Source of the DNA: Pachysolen tannophilus NRRL Y-2460 | Lineage: Eukaryota | Assembly: GCA_001661245.1 (NCBI GenBank) | Contig: KV454011.1 | Span: forward strand, 785,345-805,344 | Reading direction: 5' to 3' | Length of the DNA: 20,000 nucleotides | Part shown: positions 1 to 9,117 of the stretch, one piece after another | Layout of the letters: every line of letters begins with the position of its first letter | How positions within the stretch are numbered: position 1 is the first letter of the stretch | The notes under the pieces: model-generated | Told to the model about the DNA's origin: nothing | Databases searched by the model: none | Seen by the model: the letters and a program-made list of their open reading frames with translations, nothing else | Made by a program: the position numbers and the translations under genes

Positions 1-387
1 CGGTGGCGGTGATGAGTCTTTTTTCAATTTTTTGGAAGGAGGTATCAGTTCATCATCCACATCTTGATGCTGATCAATGGTTGATGGTGGAGGCGAATCG
101 GGAACAAACAACGATATATTACTTGTGTTTTGCTCAGAAACACTTGATGTTTCATCGTCATCTATAGTAACCACCTCATTTCTTGCTCTCTTCAAACTAG
201 GAGTATAATTTCGCTCTTTCTTTAAACTTGATCTTGATTTACTCCTATTACCATTCAATATATTCGTTAAATTCGATTTCGTAGAAACATTGGATTCAAC
301 TCTTGAACAACTAGAAGTACACGTATCTAAATGGCGATTAATCAAACCAATCTCTATTTCTTTAGCACATACCGGACAAGACACCAT
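1..387 (-). CDS. MGS1: 5' part of MGS1/WRNIP1-like DNA-dependent AAA+ ATPase (partial, continues beyond left edge)
   Basis: ATG at 387 opens a frame with no stop to position 1: MVSCPVCAKEIEIGLINRHLDTC... is a UBZ4-type zinc finger (CPxC...INxHLDxC) at the extreme N-terminus followed by a disordered S/P/K-rich linker, as in yeast Mgs1. The ATPase domain is outside the window, so the gene name is inferred. Confidence 0.7.
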   Translation of the reverse strand, partial: MVSCPVCAKEIEIGLINRHLDTCTSSCSRVESNVSTKSNLTNILNGNRSKSRSSLKKERNYTPSLKRARNEVVTIDDDETSSVSEQNTSNISLFVPDSPPPSTIDQHQDVDDELIPPSKKLKKDSSPPP

Positions 388-469
388 TCTTATCAAGGCT
401 TAATAATACAGAACTGAAATATAGAAAACTAAAGCTGGTAACATCTTGATAGTCGATCTTCTAGTAGAT

Positions 470-475
470 GCGCGT
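470..475 (-). promoter_or_regulatory. MCB-like element (ACGCGC, CGCG core) upstream of MGS1-like gene
   Basis: GCGCGT on + strand about 85 bp upstream of the ATG at 387 in very AT-rich DNA; one mismatch to MCB ACGCGT. Confidence 0.3.
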
Positions 476-508
476 AATCTTTAATTAAAAGAAAAATATA
501 CGTTTCCT

Positions 509-579
509 AAACGGAGAAATTTTGAATTTTATGTCATCTCCTACTTGGAGAAAATAATTTTTTTAAAAGTTCTCCGTTT
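509..579. repeat. Nested imperfect inverted repeat in the MGS1/TGL3 divergent promoter
   Basis: AAACGGAGAAATTTTGAA (509-526) is complementary to TTTAAAAGTTCTCCGTTT (562-579) with 2 mismatches; inner TCTCC(537-541)-TACTT-GGAGA(547-551). Confidence 0.6.
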
Positions 580-715
580 CCGTCTCCGTTTTTTTTTTTG
601 GCTGATAAAGAGCTCAAATTGCATACAGATAGATATCTATGACCTCAGTTATAAAGATGATGTATGGACATTAGTTCAAATGGTTTAATGTTACGAAATA
701 TGGATTAATTGGAAT

Positions 716-2434
716 ATGTTTAAGATTCACAGTGCATTGTCGATAGTATGGTTTGTTTTGGTATGTATATATTTTAGATTATTGTTTTTGACAAAAAGAA
801 GAAATATTAACAGAAAATAGAACCATATTCCTCCATCTTTATGGAAATTAATGGACTTTGTACTAGACATCTTATTGTTTTGGTTTCAAAACTTGGTTGC
901 CCTATTACAAAAGAAAAACCCCAAATCAGAAGCTAAAAAGGCTTTATCCGTAGCAGAAAGTTTTGAAGAGTGGGAACAAATTGCCTATTATATTGATAAT
1001 TTGAACGGAGTTGATTTATGGAGGCACAATCCGATTAGTAAAGACTACGACTATAGGTTGATTAATGAAAGATTGAATTCTTTGAGAGCGGCTAAAGAGT
1101 CTAATGATGTTTGGAAAATTATTAGTTTATTCAAATCCGGATTGCTTAGAAATTTTGGAGGAATTTCTGATAAAGAATTATTTGTTAAATCTTATATTGG
1201 AACAAAAATTTTAATTGAAGAATATATACAAGAAGTCTTGAATTGCTTATATTTTATAAATGATTTCAATGTTACTAATGCTTATTCCAGTTTAAAACCC
1301 AATCAAATGAAATTGGATCTTTTCCATGATGCAAGACAGACTTTTGGATCTACTGCTTTAATCTTACAAGGCGGTTCATTATTTGGACTATGCCATTTAG
1401 GAGTAATTAAAGCTTTATATTTTAAAGGCTTACTACCAAGAATAATAAGTGGAAGCGCAGTTGGGGCTGTTATAGCTTCATTTGTATGTACTTTATCTGA
1501 AAAAGAATTGGAATGCAATTTATTAAATATAGTCAAGTTTATTTCAAAAGAAATTGATGTTAGTAACTACAAGCTGTCTGTGGATGAAATGGATACAAAA
1601 TATGGTAATATGATTGAAAATGTATTTCAAAAAGGATATACACAGGATATTTTGATATTTATTAAATACGTGAGGTTCAAACTCGGTGACTTAACATTTG
1701 AAGAAGCATATTTGAAAACAGACAGGATTTTAAACATTTTAGTGCATCCAACTGATTCTTCCGTACCATCATTGTTAAATTATGTAACTGCTCCTAATAT
1801 GATTATTTGGTCTGCATTACAATGTTCTATTGGCACTGGGGTACTAAGTGATGATGTTCGGCCATATATAAAAGATTTGAATAACGAAATTAAACCATTG
1901 AAATTACATAGTTGCAAATTTTTGTCACCTCATCAAATCTCCCAGCCAAACTTAAGTAATTACACAGTGAGTGCCGAAAGTCCTTATCAACGCTTAACTG
2001 AATTATTCAATGTCAATCACTTCATAGTATCATTAGCAAGACCTTATTTTGCTCCATTAATTGGTAACGATCTAAAACATTCCAATAGCTGGTACCCAAA
2101 AATCATGATAAAGAGAATATTAGCATTAGAATTGCAACATAGAGTTTACTTATTAGATAAGTTCGGTTTGCTATTCAAATTTATTAAGAGAATGGCAATT
2201 GATGAAAAGACACCTAGAACCAAGAGCTCTGAAATCACAATAGTACCTGAATTTAAAACATTAGTCAAAGATTTTGGTAAAATTTTTGATGTTAACAAAT
2301 ATGATGAAAACATTCCATATTGGATATTAGTGGGCGAAAGAAGTGCATGGCCGTTGATTCCAATATTATGGACTAGAACTTCCATTGAATTTGCTCTAGA
2401 TGATTTATATAATCTTAATAGAAAAAGAAAATAA
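716..2434 (+). CDS. TGL3: Patatin-like triacylglycerol lipase Tgl3 homologue; join(716..760,821..2434)
   Basis: Tgl-family N-terminal domain (LWR...YDY, LRNFGGI, GTKILIEEY) and patatin domain (ALILQGGSLFGLCHLG). Spliced N-terminus MFKIHSALSIVWFVL|NHIPPSLWKLMDFVLDILLFW matches S. cerevisiae Tgl3 ...VVYATLDHIPPFVWEILHVITDIYFFW (recalled). Convergent with ELP6, as in S. cerevisiae (YMR313C/YMR312W). Confidence 0.92.
761..820 (+). other. Spliceosomal intron in TGL3 (60 nt, phase 0)
   Basis: 5' site GTATGT (761-766), branch point TATTAAC (805-811), 3' site TAG (818-820); removal joins ATG716 in frame and removes the in-frame TAG. Confidence 0.88.
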
Positions 2435-2461
2435 TATTTATTACTTTGTCACCTTACATTA

Positions 2462-3274
2462 TTATCTGAAAAACAACCTGACATTACCTTCTTTTGCAAC
2501 GAAAAAGAGATACTCTTTTTCCACAATTTCTATTTCATCTGTTTGATATCCAACTAACCCTTTGTTAATGGATAAAAGTCCTGTTACATCATTTGCTCTA
2601 CCTGTATCCAAAGGTTTTATATTCATAATTAAATTTGATCTGAATAAAAATTTGGTTAAAAATTCCGTATGCTTGAATTCTATTGAAGATTCTTCCTGAG
2701 CATGGAAATCCAACAAATTTTTATCACTTGACGATATCACAATAAGATTATTTGCATAATTCAAATGCAATTTGTTTAAAAAAATTAATAACATGTTTGT
2801 GGTAAGGGGCGTGGTATGTAATAAATATTCTGGATTTTCTATTATCACATTCAAGTCTGAATAATCGTTTCTGAATTCTTTTTCAATTGTAGTCTCTATC
2901 TTTTTTAATATCTCATCACCTTCTCCATCATCGTACATAGTACTTGTCAATAAATCTAAAAATTTGAAATTATGATTACTATTGCTGACATTAATTTTTC
3001 TGAAAAATTTGTCGTAAAACTTGTAGTCCTGGCTGAACGATACAAGCAACACCTTTGATCTAGATTTTATATTCGAAAATTTTTGAGTCCCAGGTTTATG
3101 TGCCAAAATAAATGTATTGAATAAAAGGTTCTCTACTAACGCAGAAATCAACCATCCTGGTGAAGTGCCTTGTACATACGTGATGAGCGTCTTTGACTTA
3201 GATGACAACAACCCATCTGGAATTATCGAATTATCCTTGAATATAGCCAATTCCTGTTGCTGAGCATCAGACAT
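2462..3274 (-). CDS. ELP6: Elongator complex subunit Elp6
   Basis: First ATG at 3274 (270 aa): MSDAQQQELAIFKDNSIIP..., PGWLISALVE, C-terminal KPLDTGRANDVTGLLSINKG...EKEYLFFVAKEGNVRLFFR typical of Elp6; adjacent to TGL3. Confidence 0.9.
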   Translation of the reverse strand: MSDAQQQELAIFKDNSIIPDGLLSSKSKTLITYVQGTSPGWLISALVENLLFNTFILAHKPGTQKFSNIKSRSKVLLVSFSQDYKFYDKFFRKINVSNSNHNFKFLDLLTSTMYDDGEGDEILKKIETTIEKEFRNDYSDLNVIIENPEYLLHTTPLTTNMLLIFLNKLHLNYANNLIVISSSDKNLLDFHAQEESSIEFKHTEFLTKFLFRSNLIMNIKPLDTGRANDVTGLLSINKGLVGYQTDEIEIVEKEYLFFVAKEGNVRLFFR

Positions 3275-3334
3275 TTTCCTATCTTTTAAAACTCTCAATA
3301 TTTATAATGTATTGGACATTACTGTTTTACCTTT

Positions 3335-3366
3335 AAAAGTTGAAAAGTTGAAAAGTTGAAAAGTTG
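3335..3366. repeat. Perfect tandem repeat (AAAAGTTG)x4
   Basis: Four exact 8-bp copies followed by an A-tract in the ELP6/ZUO1 intergenic region. Confidence 0.9.
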
Positions 3367-3415
3367 AAAAAAAAAAAGTAAAAAAAAAATTTTTTTTTTA
3401 TTGAAATAAATTTAT

Positions 3416-3426
3416 TGAAAATTTTT
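3416..3426 (+). promoter_or_regulatory. RRPE-like element (TGAAAATTTTT)
   Basis: Resembles RRPE about 65-70 bp upstream of the ZUO1 ATG; ZUO1 is a ribosome-associated gene. The motif is also expected by chance in AT-rich DNA. Confidence 0.4.
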
Positions 3427-3488
3427 TATTAATATATTGATAAAATATAAAAAGAAGTCTTTATAGATTAAATTAATAGAATTTAGCA

Positions 3489-4787
3489 ATGTCAGCCGTT
3501 TTACCTTCATTGCCATCTGGCTTTTCAGGTGAATTTAAAGGTCACAAAAAGATTACTACACCATTACGTCGTCCAGTTGAACCTGTTGGTAGATACTTTT
3601 TAGCTCATGCTTCAAGAACTATCAGAGGTCATACTTGGTCTGAATATGAAAAGACAGCTGCTGAGAAGAATGTTACCAAAGTTCAAGAATCTGATCAGGA
3701 TGATGAATTTGAACAGAATCAAAGTGAGGAATTGCTTTCCCATGACCCAAGAGATTGGAAGACAGCCGACTTATACGCTGTGCTCGGTTTAACAAAATAT
3801 CGTTATAGGGCTACTGAAGATCAAATTAGAAGAGCTCATCGTAAAGCAGTCTTGAAACATCATCCAGATAAAAAGGGTGAGTCCGGTGGACTAGACCAAG
3901 ATGGTTTTTTCAAGATTATTCAAAAAGCTTATGAAACTTTATTGGATCCAGTCAAGAGAAGACAATTTGACTCTGTTGATGAAGAAGCAGATGTTGCAGC
4001 ACCAGCAGCTAAAGGTAAATATGATTTCTTTGAAGCATGGAAACCATTCTTTGATTCAGAAGCTCGTTTTTCAAATAAGAAACCTGTCCCCGAATTAGGT
4101 GATATAAATAGCTCACAAAAGGAAGTTGATGCTTTTTACTCTTTCTGGTATAATTTTGATTCTTGGAGATCATTTGAATTTTTGGATGAAGACGTTCCAG
4201 ATGATACAGCAAACCGTGATCACAAACGTTACATTGAACGTAAGAATGTTGCTGCTAGAAAGAAGAAGAAGACCGAAGATAACAAGAGATTAATTGAATT
4301 GGTTAAGAGAGCTTCATCCGAAGATCCTAGAATTAAGTTATTCAAAGAAGCTGAAAAGAAAGAAAAAGAAAGAAAGAAATGGGAAAGAGAAGCTGGTTCA
4401 AGGAAAGCTGCTGAGGAAGCCGCTGCTAAAAAGGCTGCTGAAGAAAAGGCCAAAGCTGAGGCTGAAGAACAAGCAAAGAATCTTAAAGAATCTAGTAAAA
4501 AGGCTAAAGAAGCAGCTAAAAATGCCAAGAAGAAGAATAAGAGAGTTGTTAGAAACTCTGTTAAAGATGTTAACTACTTTGGACAGTCAGATAAGGCTGA
4601 AATCATTGACGCAGATGTTGATTTGTTGATTGAATCATTCGATGATATGAAATTGTCATCAGTTGTTTCAAAGCTTAATGGTGTCACTGACCCAGAAGTT
4701 GTTAAAGCAACTTTTATCGACGTTGCAAAGGAAATAGTTGATGCCGGAAAATTACCAGCTTCTTCATTGAAGTTTTTCCAAAATTAA
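3489..4787 (+). CDS. ZUO1: Zuotin, ribosome-associated J-domain co-chaperone (RAC)
   Basis: 432 aa; RRPVEPVGRYFLAHA N-terminus, J domain with HHPDKK, zuotin homology domain (FDSWRSFEFLDEDVPDD), charged helical middle region, C-terminal helical bundle. Confidence 0.98.
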   Translation: MSAVLPSLPSGFSGEFKGHKKITTPLRRPVEPVGRYFLAHASRTIRGHTWSEYEKTAAEKNVTKVQESDQDDEFEQNQSEELLSHDPRDWKTADLYAVLGLTKYRYRATEDQIRRAHRKAVLKHHPDKKGESGGLDQDGFFKIIQKAYETLLDPVKRRQFDSVDEEADVAAPAAKGKYDFFEAWKPFFDSEARFSNKKPVPELGDINSSQKEVDAFYSFWYNFDSWRSFEFLDEDVPDDTANRDHKRYIERKNVAARKKKKTEDNKRLIELVKRASSEDPRIKLFKEAEKKEKERKKWEREAGSRKAAEEAAAKKAAEEKAKAEAEEQAKNLKESSKKAKEAAKNAKKKNKRVVRNSVKDVNYFGQSDKAEIIDADVDLLIESFDDMKLSSVVSKLNGVTDPEVVKATFIDVAKEIVDAGKLPASSLKFFQN

Positions 4788-4882
4788 ACATTTTTTTAGC
4801 TCAATATATTTGAATAATAAATAAAATAAGAATTAATTTTTTTTTTTTTTTTTTTTTGTTAAAAAAAAAAATATTAGTAAAA

Positions 4883-6298
4883 CTATTTAGACCAATTCCA
4901 ATAGACTTCAAGAGATTGCGGTAAATCTTCATCAATCTGACAAACTTCTGTATAAGTAGTTCCTTTCAATCCTCTAATAATACGCTCATGATAATCGTTA
5001 ACTTCGCAACTAAACCCAGGCCCATCACTACAGTTTGCTAATGGGATAACCGAGTCATTTAAAATAATCCTAGCATAGGCTTTGCCATCAGTACTACACT
5101 TCAATCTCTCTACGACTACCTTAGCACCCATTGGGACAATTTGAGAACATTTGAAAGGAGAGAAAAAATCAATTTGATCAACACTTAAATGACTCAGCGA
5201 TTGCAACAACCCCATTGCAGCAACAACAGGTGTGATATCAGTATCGTGTGAAAATGAAAAGAAAAGTTTGCCAACTTCACTTGGACCTTCTTTCAATAAT
5301 GTTGCAGTAGCGTTAGCATAGTTTGAACCTATAGCAACAGCTAATGAATGTCCGTAACTCGCCCTATAATAAAAATCCAAATCTCTCTGGTAACCAAATG
5401 CTACCCATTCATCTTTAGTAAAAAGTTTACACCATACAGGGTCTCCTCTAACGTTTAATTCAAACCCACATAAAGACATCATTTGGAAAGCATCGTCTGC
5501 ATCTATATTAAAACCAGGTGATAATCTGTTTAATCTATTTGCGGCTTTCTCTAGGTATTTAGTTGAATATTTAGAAAGAAGCTCATCATTTTCAGAATAA
5601 TCAAAAGGTTTACAACTTGTTGCTGCTGTTAAAGTATTTGCACCTTGCAGTGAACTTTCAGGAAGCAGTTGTAAGGACAATAAACTATCGTTAGCACTCT
5701 TTGCTAAAAACCCCTTAGCAAAACTCTTAGCTGTATCAACAACTCTTTCTTGACCTGCAGAAAAAACTGGTAATACCTCATTTTGATCATCAAAAAGATG
5801 ACCATATTTCTCTCTAAATTTTAAACCAACTTTATAAGAATCTTCTAATCCATTATATGGCCCAGAATGCGTTTCAAGTTCGTAATCCTCATCCGTAGCA
5901 AAATATTTATAATCTTTGATAAATGCCAACGGCCCAGTATACGTCTCTACATTTGACAATTTCTGCAACTTGTTGAGTAGTTTTTCAAAGCGTTTTCCAC
6001 TATCATAAGTTGGATATCTTTCACCATGTCTCATGAGCAAATGAACTTGATCAACTACACAGTCTTCAGGTGTTTCAGGGCCAACGCCATAACCATGATG
6101 CGAAACATATGGCAGTAACGCTCCACCAAATCTCAATACATTGAATTGTTCCGTAGACGTTTGAGGATATGGTTTGCCGCCAACACTTCCAAGTACGCTA
6201 CTACTCAAAGGTTTTGTAGTTAAAGTAGATATCGATAAGAGTACTATCAATAAAGCAGCTATTGATAGAACGGTAACATTCAATGAACCCACAATCAT
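4883..6298 (-). CDS. Secreted histidine acid phosphatase / phytase (Pho3/5/11/12 or PhyB-like)
   Basis: First ATG at 6298 (471 aa); hydrophobic N-terminal segment; catalytic RHGERYP and FSHDTD motifs; QIVPMGA..VERLKC and C-terminal CSDGPGFSC. Confidence 0.93.
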   Translation of the reverse strand: MIVGSLNVTVLSIAALLIVLLSISTLTTKPLSSSVLGSVGGKPYPQTSTEQFNVLRFGGALLPYVSHHGYGVGPETPEDCVVDQVHLLMRHGERYPTYDSGKRFEKLLNKLQKLSNVETYTGPLAFIKDYKYFATDEDYELETHSGPYNGLEDSYKVGLKFREKYGHLFDDQNEVLPVFSAGQERVVDTAKSFAKGFLAKSANDSLLSLQLLPESSLQGANTLTAATSCKPFDYSENDELLSKYSTKYLEKAANRLNRLSPGFNIDADDAFQMMSLCGFELNVRGDPVWCKLFTKDEWVAFGYQRDLDFYYRASYGHSLAVAIGSNYANATATLLKEGPSEVGKLFFSFSHDTDITPVVAAMGLLQSLSHLSVDQIDFFSPFKCSQIVPMGAKVVVERLKCSTDGKAYARIILNDSVIPLANCSDGPGFSCEVNDYHERIIRGLKGTTYTEVCQIDEDLPQSLEVYWNWSK

Positions 6299-6511
6299 TC
6301 TTTTCTTCAGTATCAAGAATTGTCAATGTCTCTTATGTTCTTCTATTAACACTTTCCAGTCAACAGCAACTGAGCTTGGTCATTAAATAATGGTTTTGTG
6401 GGAACTATCTCGTGCTCTCCAAAAACAGATAAAATTAATTAATAAAGCGTGCATTGATAAAAATTAAAAATATCAAGAATATTATTTATCTATCTTGCTT
6501 TCATACTATAT

Positions 6512-7143
6512 ATGATCTATACGATGACTTCATTTATAAGGAACTTGAATGGAATTCGAGTTCGAGTTCCAGCTCGGGATATTAAGAGATTTTATAGCAT
6601 TCAATCCTTAAAATATAAATATCAACCACAAGTTGTAAGTGTTAAGATGAAATGACTAATGGCAATTGACTAAACTAACTAAGCAATCTTTAATAGTACA
6701 TTCACGTTGTTGATAAATCTACAGCAAATGTTTCTTTTTCTGCAAAACCACATTCAGTACCAATTGGTCGGATTGATGGTATTGACGGTAGTAATTTAAC
6801 AAATGTGAAGATAGAATCGGACTTGTTCAAAGAAAATAAGAAATTCTTGGAGATTTTACATCGATTAATTGGCAATAGAGTTCAAGAGGATTTCGCTTAT
6901 AAAGTTGAAGCAGGAACTCATGCCAATAGTTTTTTACCTATTTACGATTTCAGACTGCCACCAGCTTATGGTCGAACACCTGAAGTGTATAATGTATTTG
7001 GATACGTACATGTCAATGAGAGTGGGGAGATGGTTCCTGGAAGTTACGAAATTAATCAAATGTATAGGTTGTGCAACCAAACTGATGGTATTGTACATTT
7101 GAGTGACTTCTTATACGAAGAAATTCAATCTATGATAGCATAG
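6512..7143 (+). CDS. Conserved uncharacterised fungal protein, probably mitochondrial; join(6512 or 6524..6634,6697..7143)
   Basis: The 6805 ORF is open back to 6697 with no ATG; splicing adds exon 1 (M)IYTMTSFIRNLNGIRVRVPARDIKRFYSIQSLKYKYQPQV, an Arg-rich presequence with an RFYS motif. The body (FKENKKF..LH, IYDFRxPPAYGRTP..NVFG, GSYE.N.MYRL..DG) resembles a conserved fungal family of unknown function. Confidence 0.8.
6635..6696 (+). other. Spliceosomal intron (62 nt, phase 0)
   Basis: 5' GTAAGT (6635-6640), branch AACTAAC (6673-6679), 3' TAG (6694-6696); contains stops in the exon 2 frame; removal gives a continuous ORF. Confidence 0.82.
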
Positions 7144-7275
7144 TTTGGTTATGTAAATTATTAATTCTTATTTATTTAATACACAGTGGTAACTTACTGT
7201 TATTTTCCTACTAAGCAAAACTTGAAAAAAAAAAAAAAAAAAAAAAAAAAACAGAAACAGCTATAAAAACCAGAC

Positions 7276-9117
7276 TCATAATTCCAAATAATCCTTATCA
7301 ACATTAATTAACATAGCTTCCTCATCACCCTTGTCGACCAACTTATCTAATACTAAATTAGTTTGATTAATCAAATTTTCTAAAACAGAATTTTCTGACT
7401 TGCCCAATTGTTTTAAAATGCATTTATTCAATTCATCTAAAATTTTCAATTTTTCAATTGGATTTAATAAATATCCAAATTTTGAGTCCAATGGATTTTC
7501 AAAAGCCAATAAAGATGAAATGTCGTTTAAATAAGAAATGTTCTTTGGATTATATTTGTAAGTTTCTTGTAATTCTTTCCCAAATTTAATCGCCTCCATA
7601 ATTAATGAGGAGTTATCCTTCTCAGAAAGTGTAGCCCTGCTAATCATATTTATCAATTTCAAACTTCTTAATTTAAATGATATTTCTGAGTTTTCGACTA
7701 ACAATTTAGGATATTTTAAATTCAAAAATTCAATAAGATCATCAATGCGGTCATCAAGAATATATTTTCTAACAGTTTGTCTATTTGTAGAATCAGATTC
7801 TTCTTCTATCTTATCTAAATCCATATCTTCTTTAACTTCCTTTGTGGAATCATGATCAAACATAAACATTCTACTTTCAGTATCAAGATCTTTTTTAAAA
7901 GTCTTTGCAGTATCAGCGTAACCTAAATGATTAAAATATGAAATAATAAAACTGTTCAAAACATCAGGTATATCATCATCTCTTAACTTATTCTTATTTT
8001 TGGAATGTATATTAGTAATCTTCTTTCTAGATTCATTCTGTAACTTTGAACAAGTTGAATTATCAATGTTTTTAAAAATATTTATCTTAAAAGCCTTAAC
8101 GTAATTATCAATATCAAACATGAAATTCTCACCTTCTGTAAAACCAAAATTTGTCTTTACTGAAATAAAATCACCCATTCCAATACATGGATAAAGCGGT
8201 TTAGGCTTAATGTCTGTAAATGCATCTCCAATGAATATCCCATTCCTCGTATAAAAAATAGTATTTGTGTATCTATTAATTCCGCACCCAATTACATCAT
8301 TACAACCAAATTTTGATCCAAAAGGTTCACTAATACCTTCTGATTTACAATATTTCTGAGCATCTTTTCCACTATATCCAAAACTACGACTATCTTCACC
8401 AGGAAAATGTATCAAGGATTTATCAAAATATTCATATAAAAAACCTAAAGTGACATCTGACACTGGTAAACCTTCCAAAATTTTAATCTCATAATAATAT
8501 ATGGCACAAGTAGTTGGTACTTCTCTATTGGACCAAGTTGTTGCAGGTTTATTGCTGCTCAGCGAAGAAGTTGACCTAGCAGAAAGATCATCTTTTGGAG
8601 TTATTAATAAATTATCTTTTGAATATTTAAAATTTGAAGAGCCCGAGATATTCCATAAAGTTGGTAATTTTATTGTAAAACTCCTATCAGAATCATTTTG
8701 ATTATTTAAAATTTCAAAAATTGCTTTATCCCTAGGTCTATCAAGAATATTATTCAATCCATCTTCTCCACTGTTACTATTATTGGTAGCACTGCTATTT
8801 GATCCAAATGAAGTACTCGTACTCAGAATGGCTCTATCTTGGAAAATATTGATGACATCATTTGTATATTCATTATCATTCAGAAACATCTTAGGAATCT
8901 TACCAAGAATCCCCAAAGTAGCCAATTTATCAGCATAACTCTGTTTATAGTTCAAAGAGGATTTTAAAACAGATGATGATGTTAACAATTCCTTCTGTAA
9001 TTTTGCCCCATACGAAGTCTCCAATAAATATGATGGTATTTTTAAATAACCAGTAGAATCAGTCTCCGATGGATCGGTGGAAGTATCGGCGGTTGACTCA
9101 AATATTGATGAGCTCAT
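7276..9117 (-). CDS. VID30: GID/CTLH complex scaffold Vid30/Gid1 (RanBP9/10-like): SPRY-LisH-CTLH-CRA
   Basis: First ATG at 9117 (613 aa); LPTLW...IYYYEIKI...FGYSGKD...FG.NDVIGCGIN..IFYTRNG (SPRY); LNSFIISYFNHLGYADTAKTF (LisH); RQTVRKYIL (CTLH); SLLAFENP (CRA). Lies downstream of SHE10 in the same orientation, as VID30 does in S. cerevisiae. Confidence 0.82.
   Translation of the reverse strand: MSSSIFESTADTSTDPSETDSTGYLKIPSYLLETSYGAKLQKELLTSSSVLKSSLNYKQSYADKLATLGILGKIPKMFLNDNEYTNDVINIFQDRAILSTSTSFGSNSSATNNSNSGEDGLNNILDRPRDKAIFEILNNQNDSDRSFTIKLPTLWNISGSSNFKYSKDNLLITPKDDLSARSTSSLSSNKPATTWSNREVPTTCAIYYYEIKILEGLPVSDVTLGFLYEYFDKSLIHFPGEDSRSFGYSGKDAQKYCKSEGISEPFGSKFGCNDVIGCGINRYTNTIFYTRNGIFIGDAFTDIKPKPLYPCIGMGDFISVKTNFGFTEGENFMFDIDNYVKAFKINIFKNIDNSTCSKLQNESRKKITNIHSKNKNKLRDDDIPDVLNSFIISYFNHLGYADTAKTFKKDLDTESRMFMFDHDSTKEVKEDMDLDKIEEESDSTNRQTVRKYILDDRIDDLIEFLNLKYPKLLVENSEISFKLRSLKLINMISRATLSEKDNSSLIMEAIKFGKELQETYKYNPKNISYLNDISSLLAFENPLDSKFGYLLNPIEKLKILDELNKCILKQLGKSENSVLENLINQTNLVLDKLVDKGDEEAMLINVDKDYLEL

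Noticed and set aside
6703..6708. CACGTT as a Pho4 site for the phosphatase
   Set aside because: Single hexamer inside exon 2 of the neighbouring gene (His-Val codons); explained by coding sequence.
7225..7251. A27 run (and other long A/T runs) as a retroposed poly(A) tail
   Set aside because: No target-site duplication or retrocopy body; such tracts occur in most intergenic regions here.
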